Below are positions 63,810 to 64,000 of a stretch of DNA of 64,000 bases, piece by piece. The position numbers and the translations under genes are program-made. This stretch comes from Novakomyces olei (lineage: Eukaryota), in the NCBI GenBank assembly GCA_016906335.1, contig JADEYG010000007.1:248001-312000 (forward strand), read 5' to 3'. Positions within the stretch are counted from its first letter, which is position 1, and each line of letters starts with the position of its first letter. The notes beneath the pieces are model-generated. The model had not been told where the DNA came from. It searched no databases and saw only the letters and a program-made list of their open reading frames with translations.

Positions 63810-64000
63810 ATGGGCAGCGTGGGCATCCCGATCAAGCTTCTTCATGGTAAGATTACCGTTTAACACAATTGCCCGGGTTGCGCTTACAGTAAACAGAGTC
63901 TCAGGGCCACGTTGTTACGCTGGAGCTCAGTAATGGCGCCACTTATCGCGGCAAGCTTTTAGAAGGTACGAGTGCACAAAGACTGCAATATCACGACAAA
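63810..64000 (+). CDS. SMD3: Sm core protein D3, 5' part (truncated by window edge)
   Basis: [35 protein letters not shown]. Confidence 0.93.

Overview
Very gene-dense eukaryotic (fungal) genomic DNA with about 39 protein-coding genes in 64 kb. Many introns are very short (33-50 nt) with CTAAC/CTGAC-like branch points and frequent AAG acceptors, and CTG encodes Leu at conserved positions (standard code). Gene content (SMN without Tudor, Ync13-like, Cce1/Ydc2, Rmn1-like, and a complex I subunit) suggests an early-diverging ascomycete, Taphrinomycotina-like but not Schizosaccharomyces; this is inference. Most genes are housekeeping (RAM2, SDO1, SWR1, USO1, GLR1, RAD5, DCP2, CHO2, UBC8 and others). 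I assembled exon structures by hand from splice signals and recalled homology, so boundaries may be off by a few nt. Highlights: (1) a complex I NDUFB8 gene with an extra N-terminal domain that aligns by eye with acyl carrier proteins; (2) a recurrent telomere-like promoter element (GGGTTAGTTAGGG/TTAGGG) that appears mutually exclusive with AT-rich tandem arrays in promoters; (3) identical GCAAGT GC-AG first introns in the head-to-head CHO2/UBC8 pair; (4) a probable non-AUG mitochondrial presequence on GLR1; (5) an orphan island with an 8-Cys small secreted protein; (6) a bacterial-like intronless alpha/beta hydrolase at the window edge. I recognised no tRNA, rRNA, transposon or CRISPR.
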